Virus record (IMG/VR): IMGVR_UViG_3300018080_005156 | Location: 1 to 43,382 of that record | Source of the DNA: a virus | Lineage: Duplodnaviria > Caudoviricetes | DNA: 43,382 nt | Reading direction: 5' to 3' (one strand) | In this document: positions 10,050 through 20,704 of the stretch, piece after piece | Position numbering within the stretch: position 1 is the first letter of the stretch | Layout of the letters: each line of letters begins with the position of its first letter | Notes under the pieces: generated by a model | What the model was told of the DNA's origin: nothing | Seen by the model: only the letters and a program-made list of their open reading frames with translations | The model's database searches: none | Program-made: the position numbers and the translations under genes

Positions 10050-11078
10050 TTAAACACTAACATTAGCAAAAGCGCCGGGACACGATGCCATCCACGGATT
10101 AAGCTGCGCCAGCAGTGAGGCCATTTGAGTACCAGAACTCGGCACGGGAATTGCGACAACAGTTGTCAAAGGAGTCTGTTTTACATATTGATTATCAGGT
10201 GATTGATACGACTTATCGTGTTCAATTACAACCAAATCATATGTTGCATCTTTCACTGTCCTAAAGTCAGGTTTGACAATCGGGAAGTGAATTCTGTTAA
10301 ACACACCTTTGTAACCTTGTGCAAATTTCTCCATATCTCGTACTTGTTCCCAAGTACCATTACCATAACTACGTGCAGTATCAGTAATACTAGTATTGAA
10401 TTCCTGCCAGTTGCCATTACTATCAACATAAATCAAAAATGCTGAAAAATGAACCATACTGAATTCATCAGTATCATTCACAGAAGTAGTACAATCAGGA
10501 ATTGGCCTAGCGGCAAGTGTTATAATATCCGTATCCGTAGCATAAGAAGCATTTACCCTGCGGCCTTTATGAGCCTGAACCTTAGCAACAATAGCTGCCA
10601 TATCGGTATCCAAAGTACCTGTACCTACAACACGATAACTGTGGACAAACTGTCCTGGATGCTCGCTTATATCTTTATAAACAATTCTGAGTATATACTC
10701 AGTACCAGAAGTTGTAGTTTTTCCACTCACACTAATAGCTGTGGACTGCTCTGACTTAGCGGAATACGAATTACCATTCCAAGTTTTCACTTTAGCACCC
10801 TCTATAGGATCGGAAAAGATAATTTTACGAGCACTCGTTACCGTAGTACCCGATTCATTCGTATAATCATAAGTCGTACCAGTACCTTCGCACAAGAAAA
10901 TCGTATCAGTATCAGCAACAGTTGAACCTGCTGTCAATACAGCCTTATTCTCATCCAAAGCAACTATTTCGCCTTCTACTATATTACCAATAACAGTAGC
11001 AATAGTAGCACCGCCAACGAGAGCTGCAGTTCGATCAACATCTTTGCCAATCAAAACTTTATTCACCCTTGTTAACAT
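10050..11078 (-). CDS. Putative auxiliary capsid protein (conserved crAss-like structural gene)
   Basis: 342 aa, third gene after MCP as in crAss-like capsid modules; GxGTWEQVRDMEK...GYKG and YDLVVIEH motifs. Confidence 0.7.
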   Translation of the reverse strand: MLTRVNKVLIGKDVDRTAALVGGATIATVIGNIVEGEIVALDENKAVLTAGSTVADTDTIFLCEGTGTTYDYTNESGTTVTSARKIIFSDPIEGAKVKTWNGNSYSAKSEQSTAISVSGKTTTSGTEYILRIVYKDISEHPGQFVHSYRVVGTGTLDTDMAAIVAKVQAHKGRRVNASYATDTDIITLAARPIPDCTTSVNDTDEFSMVHFSAFLIYVDSNGNWQEFNTSITDTARSYGNGTWEQVRDMEKFAQGYKGVFNRIHFPIVKPDFRTVKDATYDLVVIEHDKSYQSPDNQYVKQTPLTTVVAIPVPSSGTQMASLLAQLNPWMASCPGAFANVSV

Positions 11079-11116
11079 AATTTACAAAAAATTTAAAAAA
11101 CACAAAATATAAATAA

Positions 11117-11968
11117 TTACTCCATAGTACCCAACTCAATAGAATGAGTTTGATACCTAGGCTGCTCGATATTTTCGAGGAGCATATTTGCAGCCATTTT
11201 AACTATTTCATCATGGACAAATTCTGGTAAATCTGTATTAGAAGTTGTTTTACTGACAGTTGGAACCCCAATATTAACCGTCCACGTTTTCACTTCATTC
11301 ACACCAACAAAACTAGAACCTGAAGAATAAGTACTGCCATTATATATTATATTGCCAGCACCACCAACTAAATACGTAAAACCAGGTTCAATATCGCCAG
11401 ATGACACCTCTTCTGAAAGAGAACATATGAACAGGGGTACTTTCAAATACCTCAGGTGATATGAAGTAATAGTATAATTACCATCCCCTATTAATTCTAC
11501 AGCTCTGCTGTAAAATAAACGTAAAGGATTAGCTTCATTATAATGTAATATATGTGGACTATAAGGATCCTCTATTTGTTGTGAATATTTGTCAGTATCA
11601 ATTTGGTGAATGCTTGTACGTAATGTTGACCCATTAACAGTTATAGTTACATCTTCACCCAATGCAATCCAATAATCATCGGGTAAAACAGCAATCCTTG
11701 AATTAGGTTTATACAAAGTTGAATCAGCCGGATCAGTACAAGAAATCGTAACTTCTTTGATCAACTTACGCAAATCTTCAATACGTTTCTGACTCTGTTC
11801 AGCCGCTTCACCTTTTACATTTAATCCACTATATCTAGTTTTAACAAACTTAATAATGGCATAATTAACCCAAAAATCCAACTCTTCAGGACGAAAAGCA
11901 GGCAACTCAAGACTAGAAGTCTTATCTAAATGTAACTTAATTGCTGTATGAAACTGGGTATAATTCAT
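11117..11968 (-). CDS. Putative tail ring/head-tail connector protein (conserved crAss-like gene)
   Basis: LDKTSSLELPAFRPEELDFW, EQSQKRIEDLRKL, YHLRYLKVP, LPEFVHDEIVKMA motifs; second gene after MCP. Confidence 0.75.
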   Translation of the reverse strand: MNYTQFHTAIKLHLDKTSSLELPAFRPEELDFWVNYAIIKFVKTRYSGLNVKGEAAEQSQKRIEDLRKLIKEVTISCTDPADSTLYKPNSRIAVLPDDYWIALGEDVTITVNGSTLRTSIHQIDTDKYSQQIEDPYSPHILHYNEANPLRLFYSRAVELIGDGNYTITSYHLRYLKVPLFICSLSEEVSSGDIEPGFTYLVGGAGNIIYNGSTYSSGSSFVGVNEVKTWTVNIGVPTVSKTTSNTDLPEFVHDEIVKMAANMLLENIEQPRYQTHSIELGTME

Positions 11969-12714
11969 TACTTAGCATTCATTTCTTTTATAATTGCCAT
12001 CTTAATATCTTGATTTTTCACATCTTCTAAGAAAGCAATTGCTTCATCTTTAGATCGACCAATTATCTCAGTACCGTATTGATATAAATTTCTATTCTTG
12101 CGAATTACATTTTTACTAACTGCATCCTCAAGTTGAAATTCAACAACACGAAACTTATTGTCGACCCATTTATCCAAGAATCTTTGTGGATTCTCGTCAA
12201 TCAATTCATTCATTTTTTGTTCGACAAGTTCATTACTCAAACTATCCGAAGCATGTCCAAACAAACGCAGACATTTGCGCATATCTGACAATGATAACTT
12301 ATCAAACTCTCTAAACGCTTCACGTTTAACCTTGTTACGCTTATTAATTTCTTTGGCTTGTTCGTCATCATTTATTAAAACGAAATTAGCGCCAGGTTTT
12401 GTTCTATCAGATAAACCATTTGCAACACGCTTATGGTTTTTCAGAAATAAATACTTTAACTCCCCCTCAGGAGTATTAGTGTCAATAACTACATCAGAAT
12501 CACTGACCCTAATGAAAAAAGTATCCCAATATTCAGAACTAGGGCTTAAATCTACCCTCAACGCTTCGCCCAATTTTGTCTCATCTTCACGACTCAGACC
12601 AGTATACCTACCGCCTGATCGGGTGAGATACGGAGCTAAATAAACGCTACAATTTTTATAGCGCCTTACCCCGGACCACGAATCACGGCTTGTTTGCCGG
12701 AGAGTTACTATCAT
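11968..12714 (-). CDS. Conserved crAss-like protein immediately downstream of MCP
   Basis: 248 aa; YTGLSREDETKLGEAL...SEYWDTF, ELKYLFLKNHKRVA, YGTEIIG motifs; synteny. Confidence 0.72.
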   Translation of the reverse strand: MIVTLRQTSRDSWSGVRRYKNCSVYLAPYLTRSGGRYTGLSREDETKLGEALRVDLSPSSEYWDTFFIRVSDSDVVIDTNTPEGELKYLFLKNHKRVANGLSDRTKPGANFVLINDDEQAKEINKRNKVKREAFREFDKLSLSDMRKCLRLFGHASDSLSNELVEQKMNELIDENPQRFLDKWVDNKFRVVEFQLEDAVSKNVIRKNRNLYQYGTEIIGRSKDEAIAFLEDVKNQDIKMAIIKEMNAK

Positions 12715-12737
12715 AATTTATATATTTTAAAGTGACT

Positions 12738-12758
12738 GGGGGGCCATTATGACCCCCC
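12738..12758 (-). terminator. Hairpin after major capsid gene (probable terminator/stabiliser)
   Basis: GGGGGG(CC)-loop-(GA)CCCCCC inverted repeat 20 nt downstream of the MCP stop. Confidence 0.55.
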
Positions 12759-12778
12759 TATGCCATCATAACCTTATA

Positions 12779-14260
12779 TTACTCTGCATCACAAATGAGT
12801 TCTCCAGAGGTTGTTGGATCTTTAAGCATCAGACCTTGTTCAGACAAGAAATGCACACTATATCCATCCTTAGCGTTCGACCGCAAAGTACTAATAGATT
12901 TAGCATGACCTGAACCAGGAGCCACAGACCCACCAGTATGCCACATGACCAAACCGCGATCTTTACGGATCACTTTAATGAGGTTGGGCTCACCATCCCT
13001 CATACCATAATCAATAAAGGTCATACGATAAGACTCAAGAGGCTTACCAGTAATAGGATGCAACTTCCTGTTATAGACGGTATTGTCGTAAAACGGAAAA
13101 TGCTTGATATCCAATTGAATGCCATTCAGACCTTTGTACGTCACAAATTGACCTTGCAAAGTCAAATCTTGACCACTACCTGTTACAAAATGTGTATCAA
13201 CCAGACTGTATCCAGTTGCCTTAGCACGCAGTACTCGGTCAAGTTCCCGCATACCCATTTCACCAGTAAGGGCCACGAATTTACGTTCGCCTTTACCAAG
13301 GATGTTGTAAGACAGATCTGACAAGAATTCATCAAGTATATCTAAAGTCAGGGTCGTATAATACCGCTTATTAGCTGGAGCGATCTGCTGAAGCAGACCA
13401 GCGCCAATATAAACAGGACGACCATTAGTACCCGCCAAATCGGTGGTACCATCAGCGTTAGCATTATACTTGGAGTAGACAAGCCACCTATCCATGGTTT
13501 CATACCACTGACGGAGGGCTCTCCACTCTTGGAAGTCAGACCACAAGAAAGACTTCTTACCTGACTGGGGATCCCGCATAGCAATAACCATAACGGTACT
13601 TACAGCAGATCCGGTAATATCGTAACTCAAACGCATCGTAGTAAGCTGATTGCGCAGCTTAAAGGGCGTCGGATAGTTAACGATATCAGCTTCTTCACTG
13701 TATTCCTCGTAGGCAGAACCTTCTCTACTAACCTTTGATCCTGCGGACAAAAGCGAAGGCAGTATGAAAGAATCAGCTTGACCATCGGCTACCAACAGAG
13801 TATAAACCCAGTACTCACCATCTTGATATGGTGCACCGGTTACCCTAGCTTGGTATTCCCTATCATCAAATGCCAAAACAGCACCAGGACCAAACCATTT
13901 ATCACGAACCCAAATCTGGATCGGTGTTTGGTTAAGTCCGGGAGTATCACCAGAAGAAATACTGGATCCCTGCCATTTGGCTTGTATGATATCAACAGCC
14001 TTGTCGAATTCAATCATTAACGGCCATTCATACTGTCGACTTTCAATCTCAATAGTTTTACCAAGACCCATCGTCAGGAAATCTATCGTATTACCTTCAT
14101 AGCGACCAAACACATACGAAAGTACTGTAGACACCTCATGAGGCTTAGTCATAAGAGCATTCGACAGTTTCGACTCGTCAACCAAATCGGAAAACCACTT
14201 GGATTTATACAGAACTAGACTATTGAGAACATTGTTCTCCATTGTATTAAAACTTGCCAT
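12779..14260 (-). CDS. Major capsid protein (crAss-like, HK97 fold)
   Basis: 493 aa; YEEYSE, LRNQLTTMRLSYDITG, GRPVYIGAGLLQQI, FVALTGEMG, HPITGKPLESYRMTF, DGYSVHFL motifs; follows portal and scaffold. Confidence 0.93.
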   Translation of the reverse strand: MASFNTMENNVLNSLVLYKSKWFSDLVDESKLSNALMTKPHEVSTVLSYVFGRYEGNTIDFLTMGLGKTIEIESRQYEWPLMIEFDKAVDIIQAKWQGSSISSGDTPGLNQTPIQIWVRDKWFGPGAVLAFDDREYQARVTGAPYQDGEYWVYTLLVADGQADSFILPSLLSAGSKVSREGSAYEEYSEEADIVNYPTPFKLRNQLTTMRLSYDITGSAVSTVMVIAMRDPQSGKKSFLWSDFQEWRALRQWYETMDRWLVYSKYNANADGTTDLAGTNGRPVYIGAGLLQQIAPANKRYYTTLTLDILDEFLSDLSYNILGKGERKFVALTGEMGMRELDRVLRAKATGYSLVDTHFVTGSGQDLTLQGQFVTYKGLNGIQLDIKHFPFYDNTVYNRKLHPITGKPLESYRMTFIDYGMRDGEPNLIKVIRKDRGLVMWHTGGSVAPGSGHAKSISTLRSNAKDGYSVHFLSEQGLMLKDPTTSGELICDAE

Positions 14261-14301
14261 CTTAGTACTGTTTAAATTTAGTAGTTAAAAAATAATTAAT
14301 T

Positions 14302-15573
14302 TTAACGCTTACTTAAAAACTTACTTGCCTTGCTGAAAACATCCAAATCTGAAACACGTTCTCCTTGGCCTCTTGCGCTTTTACCACGTTTGCCTTTACT
14401 CTCGAGTTTCGTCTTTATGTTTCTAACAGCATTGGAGTTTGCCTTGTTTTGTATTTTATTTATTAGGGCATCACCTTTCATAGTAAAATAGGCAGACTCA
14501 ATCAGATTATTAACATCTTTAGCATAATCCTTTTGATACTGTGTCAGTCCATCAGAATCAGGCGTAAAAATATAATCCAATAATTGTCTTTTTTCATTTT
14601 CTGAAACAGGTATACCCCTGACATTTTTAAGAGCTTTTATATTAGATTGTACGTTAGATATAACTTTTTGTTGCTGCTTTCTATGTTCCTCAGCTAGATT
14701 TTGTTGCTCTTCTAATAGCTTTTTTGAATTCTTCTCTCGATACTCTGAAAGCAATTCTTTAGCATCCTCAGCTTCTTCTTCAAGAGTACCAGCTTCCTCA
14801 TATCTTTCAATGCGCCTCTTAATACGCTCTTCAGAATAACCTTCTGTTTTCAACAATTCACCAATCACCGCTTTTTGAGTGGACTCAGAAGACAGATCAG
14901 CTGAATCCAAATCAAATTCACCAAAAGACTGCTTAAAGTAATCTTTTATATCTCCACCATCTTCAACAAATTGATTAAGCTTCTGGATATCTTCGTTGGC
15001 AAACTCAGGTACCGAACTTTCTTCTAAAAGCTCAACCATAAAATCAACAACATCTTCAGCTTTCTCAAATTTTTCATCATCACCAATATCTACACCTAAA
15101 GCACTAGCAAGTTTTTCTGTAAAATACTGTGAAATATCAGCTTCAACTTTTGATAAATCTTCTTCTTCATCACCTTCGTCTACTGGCTCTTTTGCCTTCT
15201 CCTCTTTTTTTCTTTTCTCGCTCTTTTTAGATCCTTTCTCCTCGTCTTCTTCCTCGTCTTCTCCAATTTCATCAGACTCTTCTTCCTCTTCTTCATTTTC
15301 ATTCTCGTCTTCTAATTCGCTCTCTTCTTCCTCTTCTTCATGGGCCCCCTCTTCATCGCCCGTATCTGTGGGGGTTTTGGTAGTTTCCTCCTTTTCTTCT
15401 TTAGCCTCGTCCTCTTTCGTTAACTCCTCTGGATCAACTGACATGACACCTTTGCTACCAGTATCAGTAACAATTCCATCGTCACCCAAATCCATTGGAC
15501 CACCACTTATGTGTGGAGAGATCTCACCGGCTATATCAGCAAAACCACCAAAGAAATCATCATTATTACTCAT
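14302..15573 (-). CDS. Putative capsid scaffolding protein
   Basis: 423 aa, extremely acidic N-half, coiled-coil C-half, located between portal and MCP. Confidence 0.75.
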   Translation of the reverse strand: MSNNDDFFGGFADIAGEISPHISGGPMDLGDDGIVTDTGSKGVMSVDPEELTKEDEAKEEKEETTKTPTDTGDEEGAHEEEEEESELEDENENEEEEEESDEIGEDEEEDEEKGSKKSEKRKKEEKAKEPVDEGDEEEDLSKVEADISQYFTEKLASALGVDIGDDEKFEKAEDVVDFMVELLEESSVPEFANEDIQKLNQFVEDGGDIKDYFKQSFGEFDLDSADLSSESTQKAVIGELLKTEGYSEERIKRRIERYEEAGTLEEEAEDAKELLSEYREKNSKKLLEEQQNLAEEHRKQQQKVISNVQSNIKALKNVRGIPVSENEKRQLLDYIFTPDSDGLTQYQKDYAKDVNNLIESAYFTMKGDALINKIQNKANSNAVRNIKTKLESKGKRGKSARGQGERVSDLDVFSKASKFLSKR

Positions 15574-15575
15574 AA

Positions 15576-17945
15576 TTATTTATTATTAGTTGTAGCCGGC
15601 TTGTTCGCCTGCTTACGCTTTATTTCTATTTCTTTACTACGCAAAGATTCTTCAGCACGATTACTACGTTCTTCTTCACGTTGTTGTCTCTTCTTAAGCT
15701 CAGCCTCAGTAGACTGCTCCTCTCGTTGCAAATCCAGTTTTGCTTGCTCAATCGTATCATCATCACCAGTCATTTTACTTTCAGCACCAATCAACGCAAC
15801 TTTAATTTGAGTATCAGCTTTTCTCATAGAATCTTCTTCAGTAATTCTACGATCCTCAGCTTTGTCCTCTGCTTGCATTTGCTGTATTTGCATTTGTACC
15901 TGTTGCTCGCGCTCAGCAGCTTCACGCTCCATACGCTCCCTACGCTTATCAAGTTCAGCTAATCTTCGTTTAATTTGTGTCATATTATCTGACGTCAATA
16001 TATTAGCCATATCCATGAGCGTCGCACCATTCTGCATAGCTGGTTGTAACAAGGTTTTAAGGGTTTCAATATCCCTATTTTCCTTAGTTGAATCAGTAAC
16101 AAATACCGCAGTATCAGAATATAGAAAATCATCATCAAGATCTATAAGTGCTCTTGATAAATCTCCCATAATATAATGCAACTTACGTTTGCCACTATTA
16201 GACCACACAGATTTAGCACAATCCAACAATAAAGTCAAAGCTCGTTGTTTCGCCTGATTATGCAACCAAAATAATGGTTCAGTGATGTGTGACGATTGTA
16301 TAACAGCTCGTTCGACATTACCAACTAATTCACGTTGTTCAATAGCTCCTTGACGCTGTTTAGAAACACCAGAAAGCTCGCCCACCATCTCTTCAATCTT
16401 GTTCATCAACTCAATATACTCAGCTATAGCAGCTGTCATACTTAAATCTTGTGACGACATCTGATTGAACGCAGCAGGCCTACCACCCTCACGTCCAGGT
16501 ACATCCCAACCTTCCTCGTAGGGATTAATTAAGTTAACCCCCATTGCAGTCAAATAGTGGGCCCATTTATTAAAATCAACTCCCATTGATTTAGGAATCT
16601 GAGTAACATCCATATTAAGAACTTTACCCTTATCCCTCGAAAGAGCCAACTCTAATCTATACCACACTACAATATACATATATTGGAGGGGTTTCATTAT
16701 ATCAACTAACGATTTGCTACGTGTGTTGGTATTACTATATGCAACACCTGTATAAGGCAATTTTTGAGAATTCGGATTGTCTATTGATATATGCTGATAA
16801 TCCAAAGGTTGTATACCAACATATATATCTTCACCTATCCTATATCCTTCCCAAATTTCAGTAACCCAATCCCAAGTAATCTCTTCACCTTCATCAGGCT
16901 TATAAGTTTCATCAACAAGCATTTCTTGTTCTTCACCATCCGGATCAATGAAACGTAAAAATCCAACCTTTTTAAATGAACGCCATACACCATGCCATAC
17001 TGTTAGCAAAGTACCTTCCAATCGATCCTGTCTTTCCAAATCACTAAATACACGATCTCGATAAAATATAGTCGTAGTATTAACACTACTACCAACATTA
17101 CTGTACTTGGTTTCACTTTGACCAGCCATTTCAAGCACCTTATCCAAATCAGCTGGTGTCATAATATCACTAAACCGATCATAAATATTTGATGGTGACA
17201 TGTACATACGCCTTACAGCCCACTCACCATCTTCTATAAATTCAAGATCAGGATCTGCATCATATGTAAACAGTATTGGATTTACCCGTTCCAAAATTGG
17301 TTCACCATAAGCTGCACCAACGTAATAAACTTCCTCACCTGCAACCAACGCATCCTTCCAACCTTTAATAAATTCGTGCCTCAATTTAAGTTTTTCACGT
17401 AAATACTCTAGTGAATGAAAAGCTTGTTTTTCAACCAAATCATTATAATCATATAATATATATGATTGAATATCATTTAGTAACTCTTCATCAGATGCTT
17501 CCGGCATACCACCACCAAGCATTCCAAGTACTTTATCACTAACATACGACATAAGTAAGTTCCTACGTTCTTGCTGAACACCAGAAACTGCTTCATCATT
17601 TACCTGTATAACACGAATATTATCAGGTCGTTTACTTTCTTCACCAAGCAGCAAATCAATTTTTGGCTTAATAATATTAAAATTCTGCAAAGATGCGGGA
17701 AATCCATCTTCAACTTTAAATGGATCTGTTACATACTTAAGGTCTTTTTCATCAAAAACACTGTTATACAAATCATAGGCAATTTGCATTCTATCAGTAC
17801 GTGTTTGACCACCAACCACGCCTGTGTGTCCTTCACGAGCAATTACAGCATCCAAACTTTGCTCCCTCCACTCCTTGTTCTTTTTTGACATTGGTAGCTT
17901 CTGGATGGGAAAAGCAACCACTGTATTTGGTTTAACTGTTGCCAT
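15576..17945 (-). CDS. Portal protein
   Basis: 789 aa; FPIQKLP, NIIKPKIDLLLGEESKRP, WEGYRIG, KLPYTG, SLVDIMKPLQYMY, GVSKQRQGAI, VGNVERAVIQSSHITE motifs of crAss-like portals; C-terminal coiled coil. Confidence 0.93.
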   Translation of the reverse strand: MATVKPNTVVAFPIQKLPMSKKNKEWREQSLDAVIAREGHTGVVGGQTRTDRMQIAYDLYNSVFDEKDLKYVTDPFKVEDGFPASLQNFNIIKPKIDLLLGEESKRPDNIRVIQVNDEAVSGVQQERRNLLMSYVSDKVLGMLGGGMPEASDEELLNDIQSYILYDYNDLVEKQAFHSLEYLREKLKLRHEFIKGWKDALVAGEEVYYVGAAYGEPILERVNPILFTYDADPDLEFIEDGEWAVRRMYMSPSNIYDRFSDIMTPADLDKVLEMAGQSETKYSNVGSSVNTTTIFYRDRVFSDLERQDRLEGTLLTVWHGVWRSFKKVGFLRFIDPDGEEQEMLVDETYKPDEGEEITWDWVTEIWEGYRIGEDIYVGIQPLDYQHISIDNPNSQKLPYTGVAYSNTNTRSKSLVDIMKPLQYMYIVVWYRLELALSRDKGKVLNMDVTQIPKSMGVDFNKWAHYLTAMGVNLINPYEEGWDVPGREGGRPAAFNQMSSQDLSMTAAIAEYIELMNKIEEMVGELSGVSKQRQGAIEQRELVGNVERAVIQSSHITEPLFWLHNQAKQRALTLLLDCAKSVWSNSGKRKLHYIMGDLSRALIDLDDDFLYSDTAVFVTDSTKENRDIETLKTLLQPAMQNGATLMDMANILTSDNMTQIKRRLAELDKRRERMEREAAEREQQVQMQIQQMQAEDKAEDRRITEEDSMRKADTQIKVALIGAESKMTGDDDTIEQAKLDLQREEQSTEAELKKRQQREEERSNRAEESLRSKEIEIKRKQANKPATTNNK

Positions 17946-17962
17946 AATTAAACATGTTTAAA

Positions 17963-19987
17963 TTATAACCACGACTGTGGTTTTTGTTTATAATCTTTAA
18001 ATAATCCTTCATCTGGTATTAATCTTCTATTTTTCTCAATTCCTTCTTTCTTTTGTACATGAAGGTAATGCAATTGTGTTTTATAGATCATAACCATCAT
18101 AAGAGCTATGACCCTATCAAAGTTACCTTCATCATTATAGGCTATTAACTCTTCCAATAACGGTTCGGATAATATCCTAGTTAAATTCTTTTTCCCTGGT
18201 TCATACTCCTCAATAAGCCAATCACGTATTTGTATTTCAGCCCAATCTTTAATCCCCTGCACCATATGCACGCCTTTACGGCGCTGAACCTTGCTGTCTT
18301 TTATAATTTCACTAATATAATCTGGCTGATCAGCTAATAAATAATCTTGATTTTTTGATTGAAAATATGGATATATACCTTTACGTTCATTCTCAAATAA
18401 AACAGTAGCCCTGTAATATACCATCAACTTACGAACATTCTCATAATATTCCTCAGCTGTTTCAGGCCTACCAGTATATTCTGCCACAATAACATCAAAA
18501 TAAGACTCAAAATCTTGAAACCGCTTATAAATAAATGTTGAACCTAATGAATCAGTCCCCGATTTATCATGATCATAAGGGTCACAACCCGCTATATACA
18601 AACCATATGGGGGATCTGTTATTGGGTGTTCCCAAATAACAATTTGCCCCGACGGATCATCATTCCTAGTTAACCTGTATTTCGTTAAATCATTGGGTGT
18701 CTTAGCAGGAACCCAATTTAACTCACCATCAGCACTAAATATTAAATCACCTACTTGCTTGTAATTCGCCACATCCTCATGCGTTCGTATGTACGCAAGA
18801 TGTCTAGCGAGCTCTGTTTTGGGAAATATATTGCCCGACAACTGGAGCGTCGCCTCCATGGGCGTGAACGGCCTTTCCGCAATGTATCTATCAACTGCTC
18901 TTCTGTCACTGGCTGTTTCAATTACAACTTGACGCTTAGATAACGCATATGCTTTGGCAGCCTCTACGTCAGAATTTCCATCTTCATCCATGAGAGGTTT
19001 ACCGTCATCATCTGACACCGTCATATTAACATACTCAGGAACAAAAAAACCACAAGGCTTAGTTGCCCCCTCATCCCAACTATTTTCTAACGGCAACGCA
19101 TTATAAGCGCCAGGCTCATAAAATAAATCCTTTAAACCCTCATAATCAGCATCTTCTGTACCACCAGTACCAAATGCTATCATAAGTCCAAACGCAACGC
19201 CATCTTCTTCAACTGATGGTTGAGCAATCTGCCACGCTTGCTTAAGACCAGGAAACTTACCGGCTTCTTCCCAAAGTATGAGTTTCCCCCTCTTCCCACG
19301 TGCTTTTTGAGGATCGTTTTTGAGCGTGATCCCCATAATTTCAGATTTATACCCAATCTCCGTTTTTACACCATCAGAATCTATTACTATTGAAGCTCGT
19401 TTATGAATTTTTGTATCAACTTTTTGACGCTTTTTATACCACGCAGTATTAGCATCAACAAAATCCATAAAATCCCAAGCCTTAGTCAATATCCCATCTT
19501 TCAACAAAAACTCCGCTTCAGCTGCAACAGCATACGACTTGCTATCAGGAACTAAATAAAAATTACGACATAACATAGAAGCACACTTAAAAGAGTACCC
19601 CTTGCCTCTAGCTTTTAAAACTACAAGATGTTTACCTTCCTTTTCGGCTTGTTCAATTGCATTAAAAAAATAATAGTCCCAATCATAAAATCTAGGGAAA
19701 TCACGACGTCTAACCTTTACTTTTTTCTTTTTACCATTCCCTAAAATTACCTCTTTTTCTTTGACCAAAATGATTTGACAGTAGTTGAGATAAAAATAAT
19801 TATAGCCAGTAATATGATCACCATCGCTAGCGGTATACCCCTCAACACATCTACGACTCTCCTCATCCCAGTATTCACGGTATGCCGTCGTTCCTCGTGG
19901 AGCAGCGGTATAGAACCCCATTCTCTGAAAATTAATCGCCGGCTGTCTGAATTTATCACTGTTCTTGATCTTCTTGTAATCCTTCAT
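17963..19987 (-). CDS. terL: Terminase large subunit
   Basis: Walker A VVLKARGKGYS, Walker B LILWEEAG, FGTGG coupling motif, RNase H-like nuclease YIAGCDPYD...NFDRVIA. Confidence 0.95.
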   Translation of the reverse strand: MKDYKKIKNSDKFRQPAINFQRMGFYTAAPRGTTAYREYWDEESRRCVEGYTASDGDHITGYNYFYLNYCQIILVKEKEVILGNGKKKKVKVRRRDFPRFYDWDYYFFNAIEQAEKEGKHLVVLKARGKGYSFKCASMLCRNFYLVPDSKSYAVAAEAEFLLKDGILTKAWDFMDFVDANTAWYKKRQKVDTKIHKRASIVIDSDGVKTEIGYKSEIMGITLKNDPQKARGKRGKLILWEEAGKFPGLKQAWQIAQPSVEEDGVAFGLMIAFGTGGTEDADYEGLKDLFYEPGAYNALPLENSWDEGATKPCGFFVPEYVNMTVSDDDGKPLMDEDGNSDVEAAKAYALSKRQVVIETASDRRAVDRYIAERPFTPMEATLQLSGNIFPKTELARHLAYIRTHEDVANYKQVGDLIFSADGELNWVPAKTPNDLTKYRLTRNDDPSGQIVIWEHPITDPPYGLYIAGCDPYDHDKSGTDSLGSTFIYKRFQDFESYFDVIVAEYTGRPETAEEYYENVRKLMVYYRATVLFENERKGIYPYFQSKNQDYLLADQPDYISEIIKDSKVQRRKGVHMVQGIKDWAEIQIRDWLIEEYEPGKKNLTRILSEPLLEELIAYNDEGNFDRVIALMMVMIYKTQLHYLHVQKKEGIEKNRRLIPDEGLFKDYKQKPQSWL

Positions 19988-20143
19988 CTCCCCCTAAAAT
20001 TTCAATATCTGGATATTGTCGTTTAAAAGATTCAACATACTCATCAAAATTAAACCCCCAAAATTCACAAATTTTCTTTAACTCATTAACATGTATAGTA
20101 TCAATTAACGCCATCACATTACGGTTTTAAGTTCCTCCACTAC

Positions 20144-20704
20144 TTAATCGTTTTCATCTGGTATCTCATAATCCCCAATATCGCTACCACCACGAGCCCT
20201 ACTTTGTTCAAGTTGCTCTTTCTGAACTTGTCTTTCTAACATATCCAAAGACTTTACAATACCCCCTATCTCTTTCAGATTAGCACTAATTTCCTTAGCC
20301 GTATATAATGGACGACCATCCCTATCACGGGCATCCATATCTATACCAAAAAACCAATCAGTCAACTTTTCAGCACCAAACTTCGCAGCACGCAAAAGGC
20401 GAGTATTAGTCGTCTCACGAAATTCTTTATACCGCTCAATAGCAGCTTCTAAGAACCCGTCAGGTTCGTAATCCTCGCCTCCCAAAAAATCTTTCTTGAG
20501 AACTTTTATCCGCTGATCTTCCGGATATGCCTCAAAATACGGAGAGTTATAATCACACAGAAAGGCCACAAAGGATATTTCCCTCGTCGCCCGCTCCTTG
20601 GATTTAGTCTTGTCTCTATCCCACAACGCCTTAAACGGTGGGATCGCTAGGGATTCCTCATTAATGGTAATTTTCCCAGCTTGTATATCAAAGAGTTTTG
20701 CCAT
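20144..20704 (-). CDS. Conserved crAss-like protein upstream of TerL (possible terminase small subunit)
   Basis: 186 aa; LAIPPFKALWDRDKTKSK...DYNSPY motif, helical; synteny with TerL. Confidence 0.6.
   Translation of the reverse strand: MAKLFDIQAGKITINEESLAIPPFKALWDRDKTKSKERATREISFVAFLCDYNSPYFEAYPEDQRIKVLKKDFLGGEDYEPDGFLEAAIERYKEFRETTNTRLLRAAKFGAEKLTDWFFGIDMDARDRDGRPLYTAKEISANLKEIGGIVKSLDMLERQVQKEQLEQSRARGGSDIGDYEIPDEND

Noticed and set aside
14996-15589. 197-aa Ser-rich plus-strand ORF (and other antisense ORFs such as 1119-1589, 12158-12643, 30289-30648)
   Set aside because: Antisense shadows of genuine genes; the Ser/Phe richness mirrors Glu/Lys codons on the coding strand
17963-19987. 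Intein or group I intron in TerL, portal or MCP
   Set aside because: ORFs are continuous with expected lengths; no intein terminal motifs or homing endonuclease seen
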